Shown: positions 9,461-18,519 of the stretch, piece after piece
Layout of the letters: each line of letters begins with the position of its first letter
Numbering within the stretch: position 1 is the first letter of the stretch
Assembly: GCA_043809245.1 (NCBI GenBank)
Contig: JAZDDZ010000016.1
Location: forward strand, 1-40,806
Direction of reading: 5' to 3'
Length of the DNA: 40,806 nucleotides
Origin: Candidatus Iainarchaeum sp.
Lineage (GTDB): Archaea; Iainarchaeota; Iainarchaeia; Iainarchaeales; JAZDDZ01
Notes under the pieces: model-generated
What the model saw: the letters and a program-made list of their open reading frames with translations, nothing else
What the model was told of the DNA's origin: nothing
The model's database searches: none
Position numbers and translations under genes: made by a program

Positions 9461-12400
9461 ATGGGTGACCCTCTAGCCGAGTTAATGAACAAGCTCAAGA
9501 AAGAGAAGGGCTTTGCTGTCAAGGAAGAGCCGAAGGCAGGGCCTAAAAAAGAGGAGAAAAAGGGCGCTGAAGGCAAGGAACGCATAAGGAAACAGCTTGA
9601 AATGGATTTGAAAAAATTAAAGGAAAGCGAGAAAAAGGGAGCAGAGCAAAAACCGCAGAAAAAAGAGGGGAACGAGAAACCGTTTAAGGAACCGGTTTGG
9701 GAAAAAACCGAAACAAGGAAAGACGCGGAAGAGCCACCCATAAAGGAGTTGCTTGCCGAAAAATTCGCTGAAAAAAAAGAAGAGCCAAAGGAGGATTTGG
9801 GATTCAGGGTTTTTGAAAGGAAGGACTTTAAGCAGAATGCGGGGGCAAAGGAAAAAGCAAAAGAGCCTTTTTTTGCAAATGATGTGGGCGCAGGGGAACT
9901 GATTCCCCCTGAGCCAAAGGAACTGGCTGCAAGGCTTGTTGAAGCCGGCGCAATTCCCAAAGAACCGGTTGTTGCAGTTCCTGAAAAATCCGAGGCAGAG
10001 GTTGAGCTTGACAAGTCGAAAAAAACCGAAATAGAATCTTATGGCGATACGAAGATTTACAGCCTTCCTGGAAAGCCAATGCTTTACTATTTCACGCCTG
10101 TGCCAAGGCCAACAGCTGCTGAAAAGGGAATAATCAACACAATAAAGGAGGCTGCAACGAGAATCATTTCAATTGCACCCTACAAGATAAGGGACCCGGA
10201 GCAGAGAAGGAACACTTATTACCAGAAGGTAATGGAGATACTGCAGGCAACGCCGGAACTTAACATTCCCCAGAGAAGATACCAGTTTTATGCCGACGCA
10301 GTCATAAGGGAAATGGTTGGCTATGGAATGATTGATTCGCTGATAAAGGACGACAGGCTTGAGGAAATAATGATTATCGGCCCCACTGCCCCGGTTTATG
10401 TTTTTCACAGGCAGCATGAAATGATGGTTACAAACATTGAATTCTATTCCGACAGCGAAATACAGGACCTAATAAACAAGGTTGCAAGGCAGGTTGGCAG
10501 GCGCGTGGACATTTCAAGCCCGTTGCTTGATGCAAGGCTTCCTGATGGAAGCAGGGTCAATGCAACCATTCCCCCTGCATCTGTTATTGGCTCAACGCTC
10601 ACCATAAGGAAGTTCAGGAAAGACCCTTACTCCATAATTGACCTCATAAAGCTCAACACTGTTGACGCTGATGTTGCGGCATTCATGTGGCTTTGCGCTG
10701 ACGGAATTGGCGTCAACCCCGCGAACATATTGATTGCCGGTGGCACTGGTTCAGGCAAAACAACGACATTGAATATTCTTGCCTCATTTATCCCGGAAAG
10801 GGAAAGGATTATTTCAATTGAGGACAGCGTGGATGGGGATGAAGAAGTGTTTGTTTTTAACAAAAACAAACCCAAAAAAATAAAAATCAAGGAGCTTGTG
10901 GATAAAAAAATAATTGAAAACGGGTGCAGTTATTCAGGCGGAGGCCATGAAATAAGCCAAAATTTTGAAGACCTTGAAACAATCTGTTTTGATGAAAGTG
11001 GAAAAATAAAAAGGGCGGTAATCGGTTCATTTATCAGGCACAAAACGAATAAAAAAATGTATGAAATTATTTTCAGAAGCGGGAGAAAAATAAAAGTCAC
11101 GGAAGACCACTCGCTTTTTACCATTAATGGCGAAGCAAAAATTTGCCCGGTTAAGACAGGCGAATTAAAAGCGGGGCACTTTTTGGCGGTTCCTAGAAAG
11201 CTTTCTTTTGACTGTGAAGGTGTAAAGGAAATGAACCTGGTTGGCCACCTTGACAGGCTAAAAGGCCTTTTTGTGGTTGGGGAACCTATTTCAAATGGGT
11301 TGAGAAAAATAAACCGGTCTTTGCTTGAAAAATATTGCGGGGGAAAAACAGCACAGGGAAGAAAATGCTCTGCAAACTATTGGAAGAGAAAGGGGCTGCT
11401 GCCTGCAGCTGTATTGGATAGCCTGCGCAGAAAAGGCCTCATCGACTTAAGTGAAAACAGCGGCATTTTCTTTAAGACAAAGGTTAACTCAAAAAAGATT
11501 CCTGCAACCGTGAAGCTGGACAAGGCGTTCCTGGAATTCATCGGATTCTGGATAGCGGATGGATGCTATGACAAGAACAGCGTTATCCTCTCAACACAAG
11601 ACAAGGAGGTCATTCCGCTGATAAAAGAAGTTGCTGAAAGGTTTAATGCCAATGTTACGATGCATTCCGATGAATTCAGTTGGATGGTTAATTCAAGCAT
11701 ACTAAAAAAAGTAATGGTCCATGCATTGGGGCTTTATGGAAACGCATATACAAAAAAAATCCCTGATTGGGCCAATGAATTAAGCGACAGGCAGGTTTGC
11801 TGGCTTTTAAGGGGATATTTTTCCGGGGACGGCACGTCCGGAAAACACGAAATTGAATGGACTTCATGCTCAGAACAATTGATGAAAGACATCCAAACAA
11901 TGCTGCTGAGAAACGGAATAACGGCAAGAATTGCAACAAAAAGATTTAGAAAAGACAAATCCTTCAAAGGCAGGATATCCTCCCGCCCAAATGTTCCGGA
12001 ATTCATGGAAAAAATTGCATTCCTTCAGGATGAAAAAAACGAGAAAGCAATGAAAATTTTATTAAATGGCGAGGCTACCCACGACATTACTGACCTGATA
12101 CCATTGCCTGCAAGCTTTCTTAAGCGCCAAAGGCACGAGCTTAAGCTCCAGCACGAATACTATTCAGGGCGCTCAATGCTTGGAAGAAGGTTTCTCAACA
12201 AAGTGGTGTCATTCACTGAAAACAACGAATTGGAATTACTTGCCAACTCAGACATATTTTGGGACGAAATTAAAAAAATAAAGCGGGTTCCGCAAAAAGA
12301 AAGATTCGTTTACGATTTTTCAGTGCCGGGCTATGAGAATTTTGTATGCTCAAATGTTTTTGTGCATAACACAGCAGAATTGAACCTTCCATTAAAGCAC

Positions 12401-13003
12401 TGGATCAGGCTTGAGGCAAGGCCGCCTGGATTGGAGGGTTCTGGGGAGATAACGCTTGACATTCTGACAAAGAACTCGCTGAGAATGCGCCCGGACAGGA
12501 TAATTGTGGGAGAGGTAAGGCATGATGAGGCATTCACGCTTTTCACTGCAATGAACACAGGCCACAAGGGAAGCATGGGAACCGTGCACTCAAACAGCGC
12601 GCAGGAAACAGTTGTAAGGATTACAAGCCCGCCTATGAGCGTGCCTGTGATAATGATGAGCGGCCTTGACATTGTATTGGTGCAGAACAGGATTCACGAC
12701 AAGAAAAAAGGGACAATCAGAAGGGTGACGGAGATAGCGGAAGTCACTGGTGCGCTTGAAGGCCATGCAAGCGCGCAGACAATTTACAATTGGGACCCTG
12801 TAACAGACACATTAAAGCAGACAAATGTCCAGTCAAATTACCTGAAGGAAATTGAAAGGTTCACTGGAATGAACAGAAAGCAGATTGCCACGGAGTTATC
12901 GGAAAGGGCAAAGTTCCTGAAAAAGCTTTTGGATAAAAATATAAGGAGAATAGATCTTGTTTCAGCGGAATGCCATAAGTTCCTGCTGGAAAGAAAGGGG
13001 TAA
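9461..13003 (+). CDS. Type II/IV secretion (CpaF/TadA/VirB11-family) pilus ATPase containing an intein
   Basis: DARLPDGSRVNA, LTIRKF, Walker A GGTGSGKTT, IED|TAEL Asp box split by the intein, LRMRPDRIIVGEVR, TGHxGxxGTVH; Lys/Glu-rich N-terminal extension of about 190 aa. Confidence 0.95.
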   Translation: MGDPLAELMNKLKKEKGFAVKEEPKAGPKKEEKKGAEGKERIRKQLEMDLKKLKESEKKGAEQKPQKKEGNEKPFKEPVWEKTETRKDAEEPPIKELLAEKFAEKKEEPKEDLGFRVFERKDFKQNAGAKEKAKEPFFANDVGAGELIPPEPKELAARLVEAGAIPKEPVVAVPEKSEAEVELDKSKKTEIESYGDTKIYSLPGKPMLYYFTPVPRPTAAEKGIINTIKEAATRIISIAPYKIRDPEQRRNTYYQKVMEILQATPELNIPQRRYQFYADAVIREMVGYGMIDSLIKDDRLEEIMIIGPTAPVYVFHRQHEMMVTNIEFYSDSEIQDLINKVARQVGRRVDISSPLLDARLPDGSRVNATIPPASVIGSTLTIRKFRKDPYSIIDLIKLNTVDADVAAFMWLCADGIGVNPANILIAGGTGSGKTTTLNILASFIPERERIISIEDSVDGDEEVFVFNKNKPKKIKIKELVDKKIIENGCSYSGGGHEISQNFEDLETICFDESGKIKRAVIGSFIRHKTNKKMYEIIFRSGRKIKVTEDHSLFTINGEAKICPVKTGELKAGHFLAVPRKLSFDCEGVKEMNLVGHLDRLKGLFVVGEPISNGLRKINRSLLEKYCGGKTAQGRKCSANYWKRKGLLPAAVLDSLRRKGLIDLSENSGIFFKTKVNSKKIPATVKLDKAFLEFIGFWIADGCYDKNSVILSTQDKEVIPLIKEVAERFNANVTMHSDEFSWMVNSSILKKVMVHALGLYGNAYTKKIPDWANELSDRQVCWLLRGYFSGDGTSGKHEIEWTSCSEQLMKDIQTMLLRNGITARIATKRFRKDKSFKGRISSRPNVPEFMEKIAFLQDEKNEKAMKILLNGEATHDITDLIPLPASFLKRQRHELKLQHEYYSGRSMLGRRFLNKVVSFTENNELELLANSDIFWDEIKKIKRVPQKERFVYDFSVPGYENFVCSNVFVHNTAELNLPLKHWIRLEARPPGLEGSGEITLDILTKNSLRMRPDRIIVGEVRHDEAFTLFTAMNTGHKGSMGTVHSNSAQETVVRITSPPMSVPVIMMSGLDIVLVQNRIHDKKKGTIRRVTEIAEVTGALEGHASAQTIYNWDPVTDTLKQTNVQSNYLKEIERFTGMNRKQIATELSERAKFLKKLLDKNIRRIDLVSAECHKFLLERKG
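10826..12370 (+). mobile_element. Intein (515 aa) with LAGLIDADG (DOD) homing endonuclease
   Basis: Begins with Ser (SVDGDEEV) and ends VHN followed by Thr+1. Block B TEDHSLF, block F VYDFSV..ENFV, endonuclease motifs FIGFWIADG and LLRGYFSGDG. Removal restores IED-TAEL, matching IEDTLEL in the paralog at 33519-35072. Confidence 0.95.
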
Positions 13004-13005
13004 AA

Positions 13006-14154
13006 ATGCCGGGAATACAGGACCTGAGGAAAAAAATCGAGGAAAAAAAAGCCGCAGAATCCGAAGGCTTGAAGACCGCTAAAGACCAGCCGGCAGAATC
13101 CATTGACCTTGACCAGGTTGAAAAAATTGTCGCAAGAATGAAGAAAAAATACAGCCAGGAAGGAATGGAATTCGAGGAAGTAGGCGGAAAGCTAAAGGAA
13201 TTAAGGGGAATTATCACAAGCGGCGAATACCAAAAAGTCGAAGTTCAGGGCCCGGAGGAACTTATAGCGTTCAGGTCGCCTGCAATCAAATCACTTGGCC
13301 AGGTTTACATCACGCTCCAAAGCATTTTAAAGCCAGTCTCGGAAATGCTGCGAAAAATCCCCATAACAAAAAAGCTTGACTGGAGCCTTTACAGCGCAAA
13401 CATGAAGTACTCTGTGCAGCAATGGCTTGCATTGACTGCAGCAGTCGCATTCATCGCCTTTGTCGCAGGCGCAATCATATCCCTTGCAGTTGTTTTGCTG
13501 TTAAAGCTTGCATTATGGATCGTTCCGCTTGTGGCAATCCTTTTCCTGCTTTTTGGCGCAGCAATGATGCTTATCGTTCCATACAATAATGCGAAAAAAC
13601 GCGGAGACCAGTGCAGCATTGAACTGCCTTTCGCGTTAAGGCACATGGCAACAGAGCTCAAGGCAGGCATAGGGCTTTACAAAACCCTGCAGGTCATTGC
13701 GGCATCGGATTACGGGGTGCTGAGCGAGGAGTTTGCGCGCACAATAAGCGAAATAGAGGAAGGCACTGATGCAAAGGACGCACTTCACCACTTTGCTTTA
13801 AGGACCTATTCAAAGGCCTTAAGGGATTCGCTTTTCCATATGATTCGCGCAATGAAAACAGGCGGAAGCCTTTCAACCATAATGAATTCCATTGCCGAAG
13901 ACGTTTCATTTGAATTAAGGATGAACATAAGGGATTTCGGGGAAAAAATGAACTTCTTCGGGGTAATCTATATTTTTGCAGCAATAGTTGTGCCTGTGTT
14001 TGTCGGAATAATTGGCGGGGTTACAAACGCGCCGCTTGGAATAGGGATAATGACTCTGCCGCCGATGATGATATTGCTTTTTTACACTATAATGATGCCG
14101 TTAATAATGGTTTTGCTGACATTCTACCTTTACGCAAGCCAGCCGAAAATATAG
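13006..14154 (+). CDS. Type II secretion system F / TadC-like pilus platform protein
   Basis: TM helices plus ELPFALRHMATELKAG, YGVLSEEF and KTGG motifs; follows the ATPase by 2 nt. Confidence 0.9.
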   Translation: MPGIQDLRKKIEEKKAAESEGLKTAKDQPAESIDLDQVEKIVARMKKKYSQEGMEFEEVGGKLKELRGIITSGEYQKVEVQGPEELIAFRSPAIKSLGQVYITLQSILKPVSEMLRKIPITKKLDWSLYSANMKYSVQQWLALTAAVAFIAFVAGAIISLAVVLLLKLALWIVPLVAILFLLFGAAMMLIVPYNNAKKRGDQCSIELPFALRHMATELKAGIGLYKTLQVIAASDYGVLSEEFARTISEIEEGTDAKDALHHFALRTYSKALRDSLFHMIRAMKTGGSLSTIMNSIAEDVSFELRMNIRDFGEKMNFFGVIYIFAAIVVPVFVGIIGGVTNAPLGIGIMTLPPMMILLFYTIMMPLIMVLLTFYLYASQPKI

Positions 14155-15090
14155 GTGAAAAAAATGATTGAATACAGAAAATACCTGAAGGCAGCCAACC
14201 TTAAAGTTTCCCCTGCGGCATGGATTGGAATGGCTGTAATAGTTTCATTGGTTGTCGGCACCTTTGTCTATCTTTTAAGCTCGGACTTCCTTGCAAGGGA
14301 CGGAAACATTATTTTAAGCGCGGTTTTCTCGCTTGCAATAGCAGACCTCATTGTAGGTTTCCCTTACCTGCTTGCTTCAAGGAGAATCGACGAAATAGAG
14401 GACGCGTTGCCAGACGCACTTAAACAAATGGCTGACACGCTTAAATCAGGCGGAACATACGAGTACGCATTGCGCGAAGTTGCAACAGCTGAATACGGTG
14501 CCCTTAAGGACGAGATGGCAAATGTATTAACGAAACTGGAGGAAGGGGAAAACTTTGAAACCGCATTAACCACGCTCTCAGATAATATTGATTCAAGAAT
14601 AGTGAAAAGGACAGTTACAATAATCGTGGACTCTGTACGCGCGGGAGCAGGCCTTGCGGACATACTTGAAGACATAGCAGAGGATGTAAGGGCAATCCAC
14701 AGGATAAACAGGGAAAGGAAAAGCCGCACGCTCATGCAGGCTGCATTCATGTTCACCGCAGGGGGAATAGTTGCACCCGCAATTTTTGGCTTCGTTGACA
14801 CAATCATTAAAGTGCTTACAACTGCTGCAAGGGGTGTCGGGTCAGCGGAAATAGCAGCAAGGATTCCGCTTGCAATTGACGCTGCAAGCAAAATAAACCT
14901 TGGAATACAGATTTTCATTGTGGCTCAGGCAGCAATCACAAGCGTGATGATTTCATTGATGCGCGAAGGAAAGCCAAGCAAAAGCATTATATACTTCCCA
15001 TTGCTTTTATTTATAGCGTACTCCGTGTACCTGGTTGCACAGGTCGTATCGGTTTGGCTCATTGGAAGCACAGGGGGCATGGCATTATGA
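14155..15090 (+). CDS. Second type II secretion system F / TadC-like protein
   Basis: LPDALKQMADTLKSG, YGALKDEM, RAGAGLADIL; multiple TM helices. Confidence 0.9.
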   Translation: MKKMIEYRKYLKAANLKVSPAAWIGMAVIVSLVVGTFVYLLSSDFLARDGNIILSAVFSLAIADLIVGFPYLLASRRIDEIEDALPDALKQMADTLKSGGTYEYALREVATAEYGALKDEMANVLTKLEEGENFETALTTLSDNIDSRIVKRTVTIIVDSVRAGAGLADILEDIAEDVRAIHRINRERKSRTLMQAAFMFTAGGIVAPAIFGFVDTIIKVLTTAARGVGSAEIAARIPLAIDAASKINLGIQIFIVAQAAITSVMISLMREGKPSKSIIYFPLLLFIAYSVYLVAQVVSVWLIGSTGGMAL

Positions 15091-15254
15091 AAAAATTGTT
15101 GGCTGAAAAAAAAGCGCAGACATCAATTGAAATGCTCCTTATTCTGGGGGCGGCAGTAGTAGTGGCAACCACGGTAGGCCTGCTGTTCAAGCAACTCACG
15201 CAGGAAAACATCTCGCCGGCAGTGCACGGCGCAATAAACGGCGCATTGCAGTAG
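15087..15254 (+). CDS. Small pilin with class III signal peptide (55 aa)
   Basis: ATGA overlap with the upstream stop; MKKLLAEKKA|QTSIEMLLILGAAVVVATTVGLLF. Confidence 0.85.
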   Translation: MKKLLAEKKAQTSIEMLLILGAAVVVATTVGLLFKQLTQENISPAVHGAINGALQ

Positions 15255-15264
15255 GAAGGCAAAA

Positions 15265-15302
15265 TTTAAATATAAGTTAAATGTTATAAGATAAAAGGAG
15301 GT
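15265..15302 (+). promoter_or_regulatory. Internal TATA box and strong ribosome-binding site for the putative major pilin
   Basis: A-rich BRE-like stretch, TTTAAATATAA at 15265-15275, and AGGAGGT at 15296-15302, 7 nt before ATG 15310. Confidence 0.7.
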
Positions 15303-15309
15303 AACTGAA

Positions 15310-15471
15310 ATGGACAATAAAGCACAAGGAGCACTGGAATACCTGTTACTGATAGGCGGAGCAGTTGTAGTGGCGGTTATAGTCATAACATTCATGATCA
15401 GCCTAAGCGGAAACAGCACGGGCCAAATCGGTAATGCAACAAATAACGCACTACAGCATATAGTAGTATAA
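15310..15471 (+). CDS. Small pilin, probable major pilin (53 aa; below ORF-track cutoff)
   Basis: Manual translation MDNKA|QGALEYLLLIGGAVVVAVIVITFMISLSGNSTGQIGNATNNALQHIVV*. Confidence 0.88.
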   Translation: MDNKAQGALEYLLLIGGAVVVAVIVITFMISLSGNSTGQIGNATNNALQHIVV

Positions 15472-15487
15472 TAAATCGGCGAATAAT

Positions 15488-15658
15488 ATGGACTCCAAGG
15501 CGCAGGTTTCATTTGAGTACTTGTTAACGGTGGGCTTCGCGATAATCCTCGTGATTGCCGCGATGGTCCTCACCCTTAACTTAACGGCTATTGCTGACAG
15601 CGCCCAGGCAAAAATATTGCAGTACAGGGATTCAACAATAGGCTCTTTGATGGGCTGA
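15488..15658 (+). CDS. Small pilin (56 aa; below ORF-track cutoff)
   Basis: Manual translation MDSKA|QVSFEYLLTVGFAIILVIAAMVLTLNLTAIADSAQAKILQYRDSTIGSLMG*. Confidence 0.85.
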   Translation: MDSKAQVSFEYLLTVGFAIILVIAAMVLTLNLTAIADSAQAKILQYRDSTIGSLMG

Positions 15659-15664
15659 TGGCCC

Positions 15665-16690
15665 ATGCTGCAATCCCTCCTGTTTCTTGTTTCTTTAATC
15701 GCATTAGCCATAGCCACTTACACTGATTTAAGGGAAAGGATTGTATCAGACAAACTGACCTATGGCCTGATTGCGTTCGGGATAATTGTTGCTGCAATAG
15801 AATCAATTCAGGCAAACGATGCGGGAATAATTGCGTTAGTGCTTGCGGTTACAGCAGGAACGTTTTTCTGCAGCTATCTTTTGTGGAAAATGGGGGTATG
15901 GGCTGGAGGCGATGTAAAGCTTTTCACAGGAATCGCGGCATTGAACCCGGTGAACTACGCCGCGATTGGCGCGTTTTTTGGCTTTGGAAAAGGGCTGCTT
16001 GCGCCAATAGCTTTTCCCCTTTTTCCATTGTCGCTTTTCATTTTCTCGGTTTTCTCAATGCTCCCATACAGTGCAATCATTTCCTTAAACGGAATAATGA
16101 AAAAGGAATCATTGCGGAAGATTTTTTTCAGCGGAATCAAAAGCGATTTGCTGAATGTTCTGCTGCTTGGAATCGCGGCAACCGCCATAATAAAGGGGCC
16201 GGAATTTTTTGCGGCTGAAAGCTTTCCGCTGCAGGAAGCGGTTTTCTCATTCATTGCATTTCTGTTTGCGGCTTTCTTTTTTTACTTTGTTGTCAAGCTC
16301 TGGATTAACTCGAAAAGCGCTTTAAGGAAAGAGGTAAGCGTGAATGAACTGCAGGAGGGAATGATTCCCGCTGAAACAATCGTTGAAATCAATGGCATGA
16401 TTGAAAAACCAGAGCAAATCAGCCTAGGAAAAATTATTAAACTGGTAAAGGATAATAATTTAGGCGCACTCAATGAATTAGTGCAGCCAAAGGGAAGGAT
16501 TCTGGCTGATGCAAGGAGCGCCGCAGGATTGACGCAGGAACAGGTGGATGAATTGAAGGGGTTAAGCGCGGGAAAAAAAATAGGCGAAACAATGACAGTC
16601 AAGGAATCAGCGCCATTCGTGCCCGCAGTGCTAATCGCCTACATTCTGCTGCAGATAGTTGGAGACATTTTGTGGAACGTGGTGCTATGA
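15665..16690 (+). CDS. Prepilin peptidase, A24 family (EppA/FlaK-like)
   Basis: TYTDLRER and WAGGDVK aspartyl motifs, many TM helices, C-terminal LQEGMIP...APFVP domain; lies among QxSxE-type pilins. Confidence 0.9.
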   Translation: MLQSLLFLVSLIALAIATYTDLRERIVSDKLTYGLIAFGIIVAAIESIQANDAGIIALVLAVTAGTFFCSYLLWKMGVWAGGDVKLFTGIAALNPVNYAAIGAFFGFGKGLLAPIAFPLFPLSLFIFSVFSMLPYSAIISLNGIMKKESLRKIFFSGIKSDLLNVLLLGIAATAIIKGPEFFAAESFPLQEAVFSFIAFLFAAFFFYFVVKLWINSKSALRKEVSVNELQEGMIPAETIVEINGMIEKPEQISLGKIIKLVKDNNLGALNELVQPKGRILADARSAAGLTQEQVDELKGLSAGKKIGETMTVKESAPFVPAVLIAYILLQIVGDILWNVVL

Positions 16691-17142
16691 AAAAAGGGCA
16701 GGTCACGGTTGAATTCCTTTTGCTTTTGCTTGTAATGCTTTTGTACGTGCAGACAATAATCCAGCCAAACATTCAGATAACCGCGGCTGCGGCACAGGAT
16801 GTCTCAAATGTCGGCAGGGGCGTTGCGGAACTGCAGAAATTTTATAACGCGGTGCTTGATGTCAGCAATTCAGGCGGTGACGCGAAAAGAACCGCGACAT
16901 TGTTCATTCCGCCTGAAACTACTTTCACATGCAGCGACAGCTCGGCAAAAGTTGAAATACTGCTGAGCGATACACTTAGCAGCTATCCTGTAAGCTCGCT
17001 TTCATGCAATTCGGGAACAAATGCCTGCACCAAGGAAATTTCTTTAACCAGCCTAGGGGTCATCTGCAGTGAAAGCATTACAGGGCCGGTTGCGAAATCG
17101 CTGAAAATTGAAAAAACCGGCAACACGGTGAATGTTTCGTGA
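16687..17142 (+). CDS. Minor pilin-like protein, class III signal peptide
   Basis: ATG 16687 overlaps the peptidase stop; MKKG|QVTVEFLLLLL. Confidence 0.85.
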   Translation: MKKGQVTVEFLLLLLVMLLYVQTIIQPNIQITAAAAQDVSNVGRGVAELQKFYNAVLDVSNSGGDAKRTATLFIPPETTFTCSDSSAKVEILLSDTLSSYPVSSLSCNSGTNACTKEISLTSLGVICSESITGPVAKSLKIEKTGNTVNVS

Positions 17143-17522
17143 ACAAGAAAGGCCAAAGCGCTTTTGAAGTCGCATTCCTGCTTGGGGTGCTGCTTATTTT
17201 GGTGATGGTTTCCGCTGGCAGATACCTTTCAATACAGGACCAGAACACGGCAATGGTTTACACTAAATTAAAGGCACTTGAAAACCTTGAGGCAGAAAAT
17301 TCTTTTTATTACCTGAAATCAATCGATGTGGCGGAGGACAGTGGTGCGCTTAAGCTGTCCATTAACACGCAGCCGGCAACAAAGCCAAATGGCTCTCCCC
17401 TAGGGTTTTCATCGCCTTCACTTGATGAAATTGCCAAAGAAATAAAGTGCAGGACAGACTATTCGACAGTGATAGTGTCACTTAACGGAACAGAAACCGC
17501 AACTTACAATGGTGCCTGTTGA
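17139..17522 (+). CDS. Minor pilin-like protein, class III signal peptide
   Basis: GTGA overlap; MNKKG|QSAFEVAFLLGVLL. Confidence 0.85.
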   Translation: MNKKGQSAFEVAFLLGVLLILVMVSAGRYLSIQDQNTAMVYTKLKALENLEAENSFYYLKSIDVAEDSGALKLSINTQPATKPNGSPLGFSSPSLDEIAKEIKCRTDYSTVIVSLNGTETATYNGAC

Positions 17523-18102
17523 AGGTGTTTTTTTGCTCAAGGCTTTTTTGGAGAAAAAGTTCAAGGACTTTGACGAGCGCAGCTATGTGCTGATAAAGCT
17601 CCAGGTGCTGATTGTCGCAATGCTTTTGGCGCTTTTTTTGCGCGGCGCAAGCTTTTATGCATTCATTGCATTGGAGGGAATTCTTGCCGCATACTACCTG
17701 TTTGAAATTTTTGTGGAACTCCGGAAACTTGAGAAAGAAGATTTCGGGAAGTACGCGCTGTTCTTCATTGGCTTGTTCCTTTTCATTCAAGGAGCCTGGC
17801 TTCCGTTTGTTTTTGTTGGCGGCTTCCGGCAGGTTTTTGCGCTCGGCATTTCGGAAATAATCGGGCTGCTGCTTTTCACAGTGCTTTTCAGATTGCTCCT
17901 CGGAAGAAATTACACTTATGGAAAAGTGGTTTCAAGCGATGGAAAGATAGCGGTGGTTGAAACCAATTATGACCTGCTGGCTTTCACGCAGAAAGGCAGA
18001 TTTGTAGTGGATTCCGCTGGAAAAATTGAACCCGGGAAAAAGGTCAAGGTTGCGGTTAAAAGCTTTTTTTTGGCAAGAAAGCCCTACAAAATAGCAGAAT
18101 GA
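17509..18102 (+). CDS. DUF2101-like membrane protein (pilus-associated)
   Basis: Four TM helices followed by GRNYTYGKVV...YDL...GKKVKV.V...KP, a pattern I recognise from DUF2101. Confidence 0.65.
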   Translation: MVPVEGVFLLKAFLEKKFKDFDERSYVLIKLQVLIVAMLLALFLRGASFYAFIALEGILAAYYLFEIFVELRKLEKEDFGKYALFFIGLFLFIQGAWLPFVFVGGFRQVFALGISEIIGLLLFTVLFRLLLGRNYTYGKVVSSDGKIAVVETNYDLLAFTQKGRFVVDSAGKIEPGKKVKVAVKSFFLARKPYKIAE

Positions 18103-18156
18103 ATAGTTCGTTGATTGACGAATATATTCTTATTTGTTTTTCTGCCTGTTTTAGTA

Positions 18157-18519
18157 ATGCTTCTTGATGATTTCACTGCAAGAAAAATCGCTTTATGCAT
18201 TTCTTTGGCGGGAATTGCATTAATCCTTTTTCTAAGCACAACTGTAAAGCCAATTGAAGTGAAGGTTTCTGAAATCAATGAATCGCTTGAAAACAAAAGA
18301 ATTGCAACAAGCGGAATAATCCAGAACCTGGCAAAAACAGATAAAGCGGTTTTTTTCTCCCTGGTTGACGGAAAAAAAATCAGGGCAGTTATTTTCTCGC
18401 CGAAAAAAGAGGCAATGGAGGTCATTGATGAAAACAGGCTTGTGAAAGTCAAGGGCGCTGTCGCGAAATACAGGGGCGCGCTTGAAATAATTGTGGAAAA
18501 AGTGATTCCGATTGATTGA
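18157..18519 (+). CDS. Membrane-anchored OB-fold nucleic-acid-binding protein
   Basis: N-terminal hydrophobic helix (IALCISLAGIALILFL), then an OB-like pattern ISEI...IATSGII...FFSLVDG...VKVKGAVAKYRGALEIIVEKV. Start is ATG 18157 or TTG 18115. Confidence 0.75.
   Translation: MLLDDFTARKIALCISLAGIALILFLSTTVKPIEVKVSEINESLENKRIATSGIIQNLAKTDKAVFFSLVDGKKIRAVIFSPKKEAMEVIDENRLVKVKGAVAKYRGALEIIVEKVIPID

Noticed and set aside
9445-10014. Ser/Phe-rich 189-aa antisense ORF
   Set aside because: Mirror of the Lys/Glu-rich N-terminus of the ATPase; the same applies to the many other antisense ORFs in this A-rich coding sequence.
15123-15815. Minus-strand ORFs over the small pilin region
   Set aside because: The plus strand encodes three clear class III signal-peptide pilins with RBS or overlap coupling.
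9461-17522. Archaellum (fla/arl) operon
   Set aside because: No FlaH/ArlH, FlaF/G or archaellin-sized subunits; two TadC genes and QxSxE pilins indicate a pilus instead.
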